From a virus (lineage: Duplodnaviria > Caudoviricetes): a stretch of DNA of 52,913 bases. The notes below the pieces were generated by a model. The model did not search any database and was not told the DNA's origin. It saw only the letters and a list, made by a program, of their open reading frames with translations. Of the stretch, positions 1 through 9,099 are shown in pieces (within the stretch, counting starts at the first letter, position 1; the number at the start of each line of letters is the position of its first letter). The stretch covers positions 1-52,913 of IMG/VR virus record IMGVR_UViG_3300044729_002905. One strand, given 5' to 3'. The translations under genes were made by a program, and so were the position numbers.

Positions 1-1158
1 ACCACGGCGCAAAGAAATAGCGCCTTGACCTGTACTGCTTCCGGCAACTCCTTGAATTTGAAGCAGCGAATCACTAGCGCTCGAAGACGTGCCAACTAAC
101 AGGCGTCCCGAGCTGTCGATGCGGGCGCGTTCAGATCCGCCACCAGTTGCAAACAAAAGATCGCTTTGCGTCCTGACTGTACCTTGAGTCGAAGTGCCAG
201 AAGATAAAGTTGCTGCGCTACCGATATAAATAACGTTAGTGCCGGAAGATTGCACTGACAAATAACCGCCATTTACATTGCTCGAATTAAATCTTGCAAG
301 TTCTTGTCCAGTAGTTTCGCAATGTAGTAAAGCCTGAGGCCCAGTAACGCCAATCCCTAAACGCCCTGAGGAATCAATGTTGACAACCGGCGCTCCGTCT
401 CCTTTTTGCCATTCAAACGATGTCGCTCTATACGCTGCCGAGACATTTGCAGACCCAGCATCATTAAGGTAGTTAATTCGCAGCGAACTTGAGCTTTGCT
501 GAAAAAGAGCGTTATAGCCGGCGGCTGGCTTGATGTTTGTTTGTCCATTTACATCAAGCGTATAACCAGGGCTACTAGTCCCCAGACCTACCCGACCACT
601 GGAGTCAACAAACAGCCTTCCAGTGCCATTAGTTGAGATGGCTACTTGGTCGGCACCAGGAGAAAATAATCCAGAATTTGGGTCAGACGTAAAACTAATC
701 GAAGGGTTGGTCGCACTACCCGCCGCAAATACACCTGAAGTAAGCGTTACTGTTCCGCCGGTAACCGTTGTAAAGTTACCAACGTTACCCGTAACAGTAG
801 TACCGGAAACGGTAACAAAGTTAGCTGTAGTACCTGTGACCGTGGTACCAGTGATGGTGGTAAACCCTGCAGTTCCACCAGTTACTGTTGTAAATTGAGC
901 GGTAGTTCCAGTAACAGTAGTTCCCGTAACAGTGGTAAACCCTGCCGCGTTACCAGTGATGGTGCCAAATTGGCCAGCCGTGCCAGTAACTGTAGCTCCA
1001 GAAACAAGCGTTCCTCCACGGATTACATCACCAGAAATAGTTCCAGTTGCAGTAATGTTTCCAGAAATAGAAGCAACAACACCGGAAACAGAAATAGTTT
1101 GATCTACGCCTGCATTGGTAAATGTAATTTCATCTACCTTGATTTGACCGTACGGCAT
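1..1158 (-). CDS. Tail fibre protein, N-terminal part (runs off the left edge)
   Basis: Not in the ORF track because it is incomplete. ATG at 1158 reads MPYGQIKVDEITFTNAG..., then Thr/Gly repeats, 'GSATNPSISFTSDPNSGLFSPGADQVAISTNG' and 'RIDSSGRLLVGTS'-type repeats typical of cyanophage fibres. Confidence 0.8.
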   Translation of the reverse strand, partial: MPYGQIKVDEITFTNAGVDQTISVSGVVASISGNITATGTISGDVIRGGTLVSGATVTGTAGQFGTITGNAAGFTTVTGTTVTGTTAQFTTVTGGTAGFTTITGTTVTGTTANFVTVSGTTVTGNVGNFTTVTGGTVTLTSGVFAAGSATNPSISFTSDPNSGLFSPGADQVAISTNGTGRLFVDSSGRVGLGTSSPGYTLDVNGQTNIKPAAGYNALFQQSSSSLRINYLNDAGSANVSAAYRATSFEWQKGDGAPVVNIDSSGRLGIGVTGPQALLHCETTGQELARFNSSNVNGGYLSVQSSGTNVIYIGSAATLSSGTSTQGTVRTQSDLLFATGGGSERARIDSSGRLLVGTSSSASDSLLQIQGVAGSSTGQGAISLRRG

Positions 1159-1190
1159 TTGTCTCTATAAAATCTTTCTTTAATTGTAAC

Positions 1191-3017
1191 TCAGGGCAAG
1201 ATAATTAACGGACCTTGAATTATAAATCCACTGGTACTGCCAGAAACAACTCCTGAACATACAATTGCCGCCGTAGCGCCAGAAGGAGTCGTGATATGAA
1301 GCGTATTTCCAGTGATATTTGTAAATAACCCTGTGTTACCAGTAACTGTCGTACCAGATACAGTAACAAAGTTTGCGGTAGTTCCAGTTACGGTAGTACC
1401 TGTAACAGTAGTAAATCCTGCTGTACCGCCAGTGATAGAAGTGAATTGAGCAGTTGTACCTGTAAACGTTTGACCCGAAACAGTTCCTGTAACACTTAAG
1501 CCAGAACTAATGTAACCAGAACCAAGAGTAAACGTATCCCCAGAGAAAGTGAGGTTACCGCCAAATGCTTGGTTAACAGCAGTTAAGAATTCAAAGAAAC
1601 CAGACGTTGCGTTAACAACATTACCTGTAATGGTTGCACCAGAAACTTGTGCAGTGAACACTCCGGAAACTCCGGATAGTTGCGTAAAACTTCCAACGTT
1701 TCCTGTAACAGTTGTACCAGAAACTTGCGTTGTGAAAACACCAGAAACAAAATTAGCCGTTGTCCCGGTAACAGTTGCACCTGTGACCGTGGTGAAACCT
1801 GCTCCGTTACCCGTAATATTCGTGAACTGACCCGTATTGCCAGTAATAGTTGCACCAGAGATTTGGTCTGTAAAAACACCACTGATTCCAGTGACGGTAC
1901 TAAAGCGTCCAGTATTACCAGTAACGGTAGTTCCGCTGAGATTTACAAAGTTACCAGAAGTAAAGTTTGCAGTTGTACCAGTGATAGTGGTTCCACTTAA
2001 GGTGCCAGTGATCGTGACGCCAGAAGTAAAGAACCCTGAGCCAAGAACCGAAAGATTTCCGGAGACAGTTAAGTTGTTTTGAACTGTGTGCCCACTAGTA
2101 ATAAGTGTTCCAAATGTACCTGTAGTTGCATTGACATTGATTCCGGTAACGGTTGCACCAGAGACTTGACTGGTGAAAACACCAGAAATACCAGTGACGG
2201 TAGAAGCAAAAACCGTATTCCCAGTGATGGTTGCGCCAGAGATGCGATCAGTGAATACGCCAGAGACACCCGTGATATTTGCAAATTGACCAGTGTTTCC
2301 AGTAATGGTTGCACCGGAAATGCGATCAGTAAAAACTCCGGATACACCAGTAATGTTTGAAAACTGTCCCGTGTTTCCGGTAATGGTTTGACCTGACAGA
2401 AGCGAGGTGAAAACCCCAGTCGCGCCTGTGACACTTGTGAAATTGGCCGTATTTCCTGTTACTGTCGCACCAGAGACCTGTCCAGTAAAGACACCGGAAG
2501 AAAAGTTGGCAGTCGTACCAGTGATCGTGGTACCTGTCAAAGTGCCAGTAACCGTCACTCCAGAGGAGAAGAACGAATTACCAAGTGCAGACAGGGTGCC
2601 GGAGACGGTCAGATCTCCTTGAATGTTGTGTCCACTGGCGGTCAGATTTTGGAACGTTGCGTTTGTTGCATTTACTGTCGTACCAGTAATCGTAACGCCG
2701 CTTAGAGTTCCACTTACGTTAAGAGTTGTTTGAACGTAAACACCACTAAAGTTGGCAACACCAGTAGAAGTGACAGTGTTGAGAGTGGTAAGACCAGTAA
2801 CCGTTAATGGTGCGTTGATTGTGAGCGGACCAGTCATGGTCCCGCCACTAAGCGTTAAATATTTTGTGTTAAGGTAATTACTAAATTCTGAAAGAGTAAT
2901 TTTCTTATTCTTTAACGTCGGGTCAACCTCAAACACCCGAACGAGAGTGAGCAGATCTAACTCGCTTAAATCTGCTCCTACAATTGAGGGCAGCTCAGTA
3001 ATTCTCCTGTTTGCCAC
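1191..3017 (-). CDS. Thr/Gly-rich repetitive tail fibre or spike protein
   Basis: 608 aa. N-terminus 'MANRRITELP', a 'YLTLSGGTMTGPL' fibre motif and many 'SGATITGNTGQF..ITGVSGVFT' beta-solenoid-like repeats. Confidence 0.75.
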   Translation of the reverse strand: MANRRITELPSIVGADLSELDLLTLVRVFEVDPTLKNKKITLSEFSNYLNTKYLTLSGGTMTGPLTINAPLTVTGLTTLNTVTSTGVANFSGVYVQTTLNVSGTLSGVTITGTTVNATNATFQNLTASGHNIQGDLTVSGTLSALGNSFFSSGVTVTGTLTGTTITGTTANFSSGVFTGQVSGATVTGNTANFTSVTGATGVFTSLLSGQTITGNTGQFSNITGVSGVFTDRISGATITGNTGQFANITGVSGVFTDRISGATITGNTVFASTVTGISGVFTSQVSGATVTGINVNATTGTFGTLITSGHTVQNNLTVSGNLSVLGSGFFTSGVTITGTLSGTTITGTTANFTSGNFVNLSGTTVTGNTGRFSTVTGISGVFTDQISGATITGNTGQFTNITGNGAGFTTVTGATVTGTTANFVSGVFTTQVSGTTVTGNVGSFTQLSGVSGVFTAQVSGATITGNVVNATSGFFEFLTAVNQAFGGNLTFSGDTFTLGSGYISSGLSVTGTVSGQTFTGTTAQFTSITGGTAGFTTVTGTTVTGTTANFVTVSGTTVTGNTGLFTNITGNTLHITTPSGATAAIVCSGVVSGSTSGFIIQGPLIILP

Positions 3018-3064
3018 TTATAAAAATACGAAGCCTTATAAGTGATTATAGGAGGTCTAACCTC

Positions 3065-3418
3065 TTACTTTACTCGTACTTCAATTCGTGGTAAGTTTTG
3101 TGATGCAAAGTTCCAGGCTGCTGGCACACCGTAAACCAAGCCACAGGATACTGCGAAAATAACCAGAAGTTCAGCAATTGTCAGGTTACGGCGAACGTAA
3201 ACAACTTTAGTTGGAATTTGCAGTGGTTGATTAATTTCATATGTAACTTTTGGCTTTTGTTCCTGGGCTTGCTGTTGAGCGTAGTATTGTGCTACAGCCA
3301 GCTCACGAGCTTGTTGCTTCATGCGCTCCAGGTCTTCAGGAGTAATCTGACTAGGAACTGGAATTTGTGACTGCGGCGGCTCTTGACTATTGGTAGGAGC
3401 GGAAAAAAGATCTTCCAT
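3065..3418 (-). CDS. Hypothetical protein with a C-terminal transmembrane segment
   Basis: 117 aa, Gln/Pro-rich N-terminus and hydrophobic 'LLVIFAVSCGLVYGV'. Confidence 0.6.
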   Translation of the reverse strand: MEDLFSAPTNSQEPPQSQIPVPSQITPEDLERMKQQARELAVAQYYAQQQAQEQKPKVTYEINQPLQIPTKVVYVRRNLTIAELLVIFAVSCGLVYGVPAAWNFASQNLPRIEVRVK

Positions 3419-3473
3419 AAAACAAGCAGATTATCTGTAAAAAGACTAGCATTTAATCAGATTGATTGTTGGT

Positions 3474-3959
3474 ATGACACACGGTTTACGGAAGGGTCTT
3501 GAAGACATTGCCCATGAGTTGCAAAGTATTAAACATATTCTTGCAGCGATGTGGCATGCACGGTACCAAAACGGAGAAACTGATCGGATAAGTCCTGAAG
3601 TTTACGCAGATGAGTATATTTCTACTGAGGAGTGCGCCCGTCGCCTGGGGATCTCAGATCAAACGATTCGCAATTGGATTCTCGCTGGCAAGAAAAATCC
3701 AGAAAAAGGCTGGATCTACGGCGTTCACTACATAAATATTGAAGCTACCCAGGGACGTAAACAAACGATCCGTATTCCTTGGAATCGATTGATCCAAACA
3801 TTTATTCGAGATACAAAACCAAGTTATTTAACTTTTTCTGGCAGTGGTGGCAACACTTTATACGATACTTACGCTCGAGACCGGAAAGACGATCACATCC
3901 CAGACCCTACAGTACCTAAAACCCCAGATTTTGATGAAGATTTGGATGAGGAGGGTTGA
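3474..3959 (+). CDS. Helix-turn-helix (excisionase/MerR-like) DNA-binding protein
   Basis: 'YISTEECARRLGISDQTIRNWI' HTH followed by 'GVHY'. Likely start is ATG 3474. Confidence 0.7.
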   Translation: MTHGLRKGLEDIAHELQSIKHILAAMWHARYQNGETDRISPEVYADEYISTEECARRLGISDQTIRNWILAGKKNPEKGWIYGVHYINIEATQGRKQTIRIPWNRLIQTFIRDTKPSYLTFSGSGGNTLYDTYARDRKDDHIPDPTVPKTPDFDEDLDEEG

Positions 3960-4417
3960 TGAAGAACCGTTTTACCGACCTAGAACTTGGTATTGTAACC
4001 TTAAAAAATTATAAAGAAACGTTACCGGAGTCTCTTGCGGTTCAAGTTGAGATGTTTCTGCCCCCATCCGGCTCTTTTGATGACCCGACCTTGCGTAGAT
4101 ACCTAGAAAACTTAAAAAACTATGAAGAAGAGGACCCAAGTTTTGCAATGACCCTGGCAAACAGGTTGCGAATGGCGTTCCAAGACATGACACCCGATAC
4201 GATCTGTGGAAAATTCCCTAATGCAGACCTTCCCTTAAAAAGAAGACTCCGTTGTGTGGCTGAATATCTTATCAGAGCCGGAGAATTTGACAAAATGAGG
4301 GATGAAAACGGTAAATTATTAAAGAAACGCGGTGTTCTTGGTAAGTTGGTCGTTATTTACCAGCCGTTACCCAAGATGCGTGATACACTTATTCGTCAGG
4401 GATTGGTAAAAAAATGA
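3956..4417 (+). CDS. Hypothetical protein
   Basis: 153 aa, overlap-coupled to both neighbours. Confidence 0.65.
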   Translation: MMKNRFTDLELGIVTLKNYKETLPESLAVQVEMFLPPSGSFDDPTLRRYLENLKNYEEEDPSFAMTLANRLRMAFQDMTPDTICGKFPNADLPLKRRLRCVAEYLIRAGEFDKMRDENGKLLKKRGVLGKLVVIYQPLPKMRDTLIRQGLVKK

Positions 4418-4812
4418 ATCGACGTGAAAAATTAATTGCTTCAGTGATCGGACCAGAGCTGGAAGAAGATAAAGCAAAGATGTTGGATGCAACACTCCGT
4501 TTAATCCTTGGAGACATGGGCGGAATGTTCACAAAGTTTTGGGAAGCCGAAGGTCCTGGGGTTATGTGCTTCCAACCCCAGCAAGTAGAGCGTTCGATGT
4601 TTTACTTGACACTTAAAGAACTGCACGCTGCACAAGAAGAGTGTGAACGTGACAATAACGGTGATCTGGCGGAAACTTTTAGACGGATTCTTAACGCTGC
4701 ACAGAAGATTAATCCAGAAGAAAAAGCTGGTTATGTCTTAAATGATCAAGATGGTATTCGCTATTTGGAAATAGCGAATGACCAGACAAAAGATGTGATG
4801 ATCAAAGACTGA
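4414..4812 (+). CDS. Hypothetical protein
   Basis: 132 aa, coupled stop/start with neighbours. Confidence 0.65.
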   Translation: MNRREKLIASVIGPELEEDKAKMLDATLRLILGDMGGMFTKFWEAEGPGVMCFQPQQVERSMFYLTLKELHAAQEECERDNNGDLAETFRRILNAAQKINPEEKAGYVLNDQDGIRYLEIANDQTKDVMIKD

Positions 4813-5405
4813 TGCCTGCTTTTCTTGGTAACAAAAAAGTTGAAAACTACGAGTGGATCAGTAATCGTGACATGATTGATTCCGCTCATTTGCTGATGGG
4901 CGGTATTGATCTGGATCCAGCTAGCTCAGCAAAAGCTAACGAGTATGTCAACGCCAAGAAATTTTACACACCGAAGGAAGATGGTTTAAACGAGATGGAG
5001 TGGCATGGGAATGTGTATGTGTTCCCTCCACGCCATTCCTACTTTTGGCATGAGCAGTCCCAACGGTGGAAGATGACCAGGGGTTTGTCTCCAACGTTGA
5101 CTTCTGCTTATGCACTTTGGTGGCGCACTTTAAAAAGAAAGTGGGTCTCTGGTGAGATCGAACAGGGTGTGTATTTTGCCAATGCACCTGACATGTTTCT
5201 GTACTGTCAAGATATTTTCGATCATCCAATCTGTATCTTGAAGACGAGACCTATGCTGCATCAGCATTTTATTAACACAGGTGAGATCAAGGTTCGGAAT
5301 ACGTGCGCTTCTTTTGTTGTATTTCTTCAACCCAAAACAAATGTGACGGAAGCTACCGAACACTTTGTTGAGATTTACAGCCCCAAAGGCCGCGTTCTTG
5401 TCTGA
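4812..5405 (+). CDS. Phage DNA adenine methyltransferase-like protein with a divergent catalytic motif
   Basis: 'EW...IDLDPASS..AN.YV.AKKFYT..EDGL..EW.GNVYVFPP' matches phage Dam-like MTases, but the usual NPPY motif reads FPPR. Confidence 0.65.
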   Translation: MPAFLGNKKVENYEWISNRDMIDSAHLLMGGIDLDPASSAKANEYVNAKKFYTPKEDGLNEMEWHGNVYVFPPRHSYFWHEQSQRWKMTRGLSPTLTSAYALWWRTLKRKWVSGEIEQGVYFANAPDMFLYCQDIFDHPICILKTRPMLHQHFINTGEIKVRNTCASFVVFLQPKTNVTEATEHFVEIYSPKGRVLV

Positions 5406-5437
5406 GTGAGCTACACTTTGAAAGCTTAGTTGACGTT

Positions 5438-6025
5438 ATGAGCATTCTTTCGGACAAAGAAATCAAGCAACTCGCCCTTGAAGAGGGCATGATTCAGCCG
5501 TTCCAAGACCGGTTGATTAGTGAACAAAATGGTCGCCGTTTGTTGAGCTACGGGTTGAGTTCGTATGGATATGATATCCGCCTCTCACCCAAACAATGCT
5601 TGATCTTTGGTCGCACTCAAGCAGGCGACTGTGATCCTAAAGCATTCGATGCAGATATTCTTAAACCAGCCGAGTTGTTGGAAGACGAGAAGGGTCAATA
5701 CTTTTTACTTCCTCCTTTTGGTTACTGCCTGGGTGTTGCAGAAGAGTATTTAGATCTTCCCAAAGATGTGACTGTAGTTGCTGTGGGGAAAAGTACGTAT
5801 GCCCGATCGGGGATTATGGCAAATATTACTCCAGCGGAAGCACGGTGGAAGGGACACTTAACTCTTGAGATTAGTAACTGCACTGCACTCTTTAACCGCA
5901 TTTATGCAAACGAGGGCATTTGCCAGTTGCTGTTCTTCCGTGGTAACGAGTGTGAAACTGATTACCAAATGAGGAAAGGTAAGTATCAGGACCAAAAGAA
6001 AGAGGTTGTATTCAGTCAGGTTTAA
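5438..6025 (+). CDS. dcd: dCTP deaminase
   Basis: Motifs 'SYGLSSYGYDIRL', 'GKSTYARSG', 'W.GHLTLEISN', 'YANEGICQLLF' and 'GKYQDQ'. Confidence 0.95.
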   Translation: MSILSDKEIKQLALEEGMIQPFQDRLISEQNGRRLLSYGLSSYGYDIRLSPKQCLIFGRTQAGDCDPKAFDADILKPAELLEDEKGQYFLLPPFGYCLGVAEEYLDLPKDVTVVAVGKSTYARSGIMANITPAEARWKGHLTLEISNCTALFNRIYANEGICQLLFFRGNECETDYQMRKGKYQDQKKEVVFSQV

Positions 6026-6414
6026 CTGAAGCCTCTAAAGGTACCAGAAAATGGTTGGGGCTTCCGTGCGTAACTGACACCGCCTGCTTTACCACCGGAG
6101 TCCCCCTGGCTGGGAAGAACTACACCATCGATATTTGCTTCGTTCCTGGGGGTTCTACCACGGATCTGTGGTTCATCAATCGAAGCCCTTTGTTTGTATG
6201 CACCAGCGGTTTTAGCTGCTGCCATGTACTTGGCTACTCGATCTTGTTGCCTGATATTTCGTACGTCTGTTTCGTCGGCAATCTCTCGTTCTGTTTCGTC
6301 TAACCGACGGATGTCAGTGTCATATGCCTGTTCAGGATTAAGATCTGTTACCTCAGCTCCAGAGGTACCAGACTGATTCCTGGGATCGTATGTAGGGTCT
6401 AAAAATCTTGCCAT
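6022..6414 (-). CDS. Hypothetical protein
   Basis: 130 aa ORF with a TAAAAT -10-like element just upstream. Confidence 0.55.
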   Translation of the reverse strand: MARFLDPTYDPRNQSGTSGAEVTDLNPEQAYDTDIRRLDETEREIADETDVRNIRQQDRVAKYMAAAKTAGAYKQRASIDEPQIRGRTPRNEANIDGVVLPSQGDSGGKAGGVSYARKPQPFSGTFRGFS

Positions 6415-6455
6415 GTTATTATTTTACTTGAAGGAATTCAGGCCAAGATATAACA

Positions 6456-6818
6456 ATGATGCACGCTGCGTCATCTATGAGCGACTTCTTAGATAACTTC
6501 ATTGTTACGAATGATGAAGTAAAAAACAGGTGTTTAAGCCTGATGGATTTTGGTCAGGAACTAGACAACGAAACCAACGACGTTCCGCTTCAAGACCTTT
6601 ATAATCGGGGTTTAGTGCTCACCCAAGAAGGGCGTGAGCGCCAAAACCTACAAATTGAAGGAGGAGAACGATGCGGTCTGACGGGATATATTCCGAGTAT
6701 GGAAGAAGGGATGAAGATGGGCGCCAATCCGAAGCCCAGGTCTTTAGTCTTGGAACTGGAGGGGATGCCGGAGGACGAAATCGAGATGTCGAAGAAACGC
6801 CGTGGTTTGAGCCGGTAG
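6456..6818 (+). CDS. Hypothetical protein
   Basis: 120 aa ORF overlapping the next gene. Confidence 0.55.
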   Translation: MMHAASSMSDFLDNFIVTNDEVKNRCLSLMDFGQELDNETNDVPLQDLYNRGLVLTQEGRERQNLQIEGGERCGLTGYIPSMEEGMKMGANPKPRSLVLELEGMPEDEIEMSKKRRGLSR

Positions 6819-7117
6819 ATTCTGAAGACGGGTGCAAGGACGGTTTTTGTCCAATGCCTACCCCAAAACTGATTGTTGCTAAACCAGCGGTCGACATGGT
6901 GAATCACCCACCCCACTATGTCAACGATAGAAAGGCAATTGAAACAATCGATAAGATTGAGGATGCAGTTCAGTTTGCACCTGATGCGGTTCTTGGCGGC
7001 CTCCAGTGGCAAGTAATTAAATACATTGACAGGATGTGGGATAAAGAAGATCCCAAGAAAGATGCGAAGAAAGCAATGTGGTATTTAAATCGTCTTATTC
7101 AAAAATTAGAAGAATGA
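6671..7117 (+). CDS. DUF3310-like protein
   Basis: 'DMVNHPPHY...IETID.I...VIKYIDR...K.D...D.KKAMWYLNRLI' pattern. Confidence 0.8.
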   Translation: MRSDGIYSEYGRRDEDGRQSEAQVFSLGTGGDAGGRNRDVEETPWFEPVDSEDGCKDGFCPMPTPKLIVAKPAVDMVNHPPHYVNDRKAIETIDKIEDAVQFAPDAVLGGLQWQVIKYIDRMWDKEDPKKDAKKAMWYLNRLIQKLEE

Positions 7118-7680
7118 AAATATGCAGAAAAAGAAATCATGAGTATTCCGATTGTTTAAGTACCTGCCCTGAATGCAGAAAACTTTCTAAACAAGCCTGG
7201 AGCAACAAAAATAAAGAAAAAGTAAGAGCTAGTTACAAAAAATACTATAAAAAAAATAAAGACATAAAAAACAAAAAAAGAAAAGAACATTATTTAAAAA
7301 ATAAAGAAATTACATTAAAAAAATGTAAGGAGTATCGCTCTAAAAACAGATTTAAATGTATTGCTTTTTCTCGTTTTTATCAACAGTTAAAAAGAAAAGC
7401 CGTGCCTTCTTGGGCAGATGCTAAAAAAATACAGTGGTTTTATAAAGAAGCTAATCGACTTACAAAAGAAACCGGAATAACCCATCATGTAGATCATATA
7501 TATCCACTACAATCAAAATATATGTGTGGATTACACGTAGAAACTAATTTACAGATTTTGACACAAAAAGAAAATTTATCAAAAGGGAACCGATGGTGGC
7601 CAGGACAACTTGATTGTCAAAAAACTGAGAACTCACGATCATCGTCATCATCATCCTCATCTTCGTCTTCATTTGATTGA
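7114..7680 (+). CDS. Free-standing HNH (homing) endonuclease
   Basis: Very AT-rich with a Lys-rich N-terminus, then 'PSWAD' and 'HHVDHIYPLQ...CGLHVETNLQILTQKENLSKGN'. Start ATG 7114 overlaps the upstream stop. Confidence 0.85.
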   Translation: MKICRKRNHEYSDCLSTCPECRKLSKQAWSNKNKEKVRASYKKYYKKNKDIKNKKRKEHYLKNKEITLKKCKEYRSKNRFKCIAFSRFYQQLKRKAVPSWADAKKIQWFYKEANRLTKETGITHHVDHIYPLQSKYMCGLHVETNLQILTQKENLSKGNRWWPGQLDCQKTENSRSSSSSSSSSSSFD

Positions 7681-7922
7681 CACATCATCGCAAGCTCAAC
7701 TAATTCAAGTTGCGTTGGATGATCAAATTCCAATTCAATATTTTCGTCCGCAAGAAGGTCTTTAATTGCTGCCCACTCAATCAAACGCCGCTGGTACAAA
7801 TTGAGCAGGGCTGTATATAGGCCATCCCAAGTCATCTCTTGTGCTTCAAGCTCTGCTTTGCGCATAGCAAATTGCAGTTGCAGAGGGAGTTCTAACTCGC
7901 GGGGACGAACAGCGTCTTCCAT
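7617..7922 (-). CDS. nblA: NblA-like phycobilisome degradation protein with an acidic tail
   Basis: 'LELPLQLQFAMRKAELEAQEMTWDGLYTALLNLYQRRLIEWAAIKDLL' resembles the NblA pattern L.LEQQF..R......MS.EQ....L..L..Q.M. Likely start is ATG 7922. Confidence 0.55.
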   Translation of the reverse strand: MEDAVRPRELELPLQLQFAMRKAELEAQEMTWDGLYTALLNLYQRRLIEWAAIKDLLADENIELEFDHPTQLELVELAMMCQSNEDEDEDDDDDDREFSVF

Positions 7923-7947
7923 CTTGTTTGCTTTATCTTCAAATATT

Positions 7948-8613
7948 CTAATCCCACGAGTCAAATGATGATCCTTTCCAGTCATGCTCCTGGCCAAAAT
8001 CAAAAATGACTTCTAGGTCAAACTGGTTTGCAAACTCAGCCAGAGTATAGGGATTGATCTTTTGTTCCAGGGTTTCAATTGATCTGATCTGGTGCTCAGC
8101 TCCACCGTAATTGGAGAACGCACGCAGGAGAATACCTCCAGTTGGCGACAAGGAAGAGCGTATTTCCGATAGAAAAAGTGAAGATTCTTCTCTGCGTCGA
8201 TCAAGGAGTCCGCCTACTACCCTGTAATAATGATCGAAGACCCAACGGGTGATTTGTTCTGCTGCACCACGCCAATCCTCAATCTCCACTGCATCAATGA
8301 TGGGACTGTAAAGAAAAGGCTCCCAACCAACGGAATGAATAAAAGAAATTAACGCATTAACCATTGAGTCATCAAGACCTAAGTTAAGACGCATCAATTC
8401 TTCGTTAATAACTTCTACTTCGTGGTTCAAATATTCCAGTGCTTTACGTTCTGTACAGCAATGCCCTTGACGCACTGGAGCGCCATCAGGATAATATTGT
8501 GTTCCAAACCCTAACGTATAAGGAGTTGTTCCAGTGCACGGATCTGGGTAAGCTTTTTCGCTAAACCCCTCATATTTTTTAATTAGTTTAATTGCCCGCG
8601 AAAAATCGGACAT
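7948..8613 (-). CDS. Phage lysozyme (GH24) endolysin
   Basis: 'IKKYEGF...AYPDP...YTLGFGT' catalytic E-D-T, 'ALISF', 'GLLDRRREE'. Confidence 0.85.
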   Translation of the reverse strand: MSDFSRAIKLIKKYEGFSEKAYPDPCTGTTPYTLGFGTQYYPDGAPVRQGHCCTERKALEYLNHEVEVINEELMRLNLGLDDSMVNALISFIHSVGWEPFLYSPIIDAVEIEDWRGAAEQITRWVFDHYYRVVGGLLDRRREESSLFLSEIRSSLSPTGGILLRAFSNYGGAEHQIRSIETLEQKINPYTLAEFANQFDLEVIFDFGQEHDWKGSSFDSWD

Positions 8614-8662
8614 GAGAAATAGTTCAGCTATTCCCCATAATAGTCTTAATTAAAACTAACTG

Positions 8663-8791
8663 TTAGCCTTTACCTTGTCCACGAGACTTCTTACGTCCAT
8701 GAGAAGGTTTGGAGTTTTGTCCTTGTCCTTGTTTTGTTAACTTAGGACGAGACTCTTTTTTGGTTGACGTGTTGCCTTTTACTTTTCCCAT
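8663..8791 (-). CDS. Small basic protein (42 aa)
   Basis: MGKVKGNTSTKKESRPKLTKQGQGQNSKPSHGRKKSRGQGKG; below the ORF-track cutoff. Confidence 0.55.
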   Translation of the reverse strand: MGKVKGNTSTKKESRPKLTKQGQGQNSKPSHGRKKSRGQGKG

Positions 8792-8796
8792 CTTAA

Positions 8797-9099
8797 CTAC
8801 CACTTAACTTTGTGAGACCAATATCTTGCCGACATGATGTCTGGCTTTGCGTCTTGAGCGTTATGTCGTGCATAATAAGATTTACGCCTAGCTTTATCTT
8901 TTTCAGTTGTAGGGTTTTTACCTGCGCCTTTTACACCTTGCTGGCCAAAACGAATAATTTTTTCTTCTCCATCTTTACATGCTTTAACCACATGTGACTT
9001 GGTGGGATGGCCAGGAGTCTTCTTTGGCTTGTTACAAGCCATGTCATCTTTCGCTAGCTTAGCTGCTTTTGCTGCTTTCTTACGTTTATCTGACATCAA
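8797..9099 (-). CDS. Lys-rich phage protein
   Basis: 'KIIRFGQQG...RRKSYYARH...SARYWSHKVKW', a common small basic phage family. Confidence 0.7.
   Translation of the reverse strand: MMSDKRKKAAKAAKLAKDDMACNKPKKTPGHPTKSHVVKACKDGEEKIIRFGQQGVKGAGKNPTTEKDKARRKSYYARHNAQDAKPDIMSARYWSHKVKW

Noticed and set aside
623-2622. Multiple short plus-strand ORFs
   Set aside because: Antisense of the repetitive tail fibre genes.
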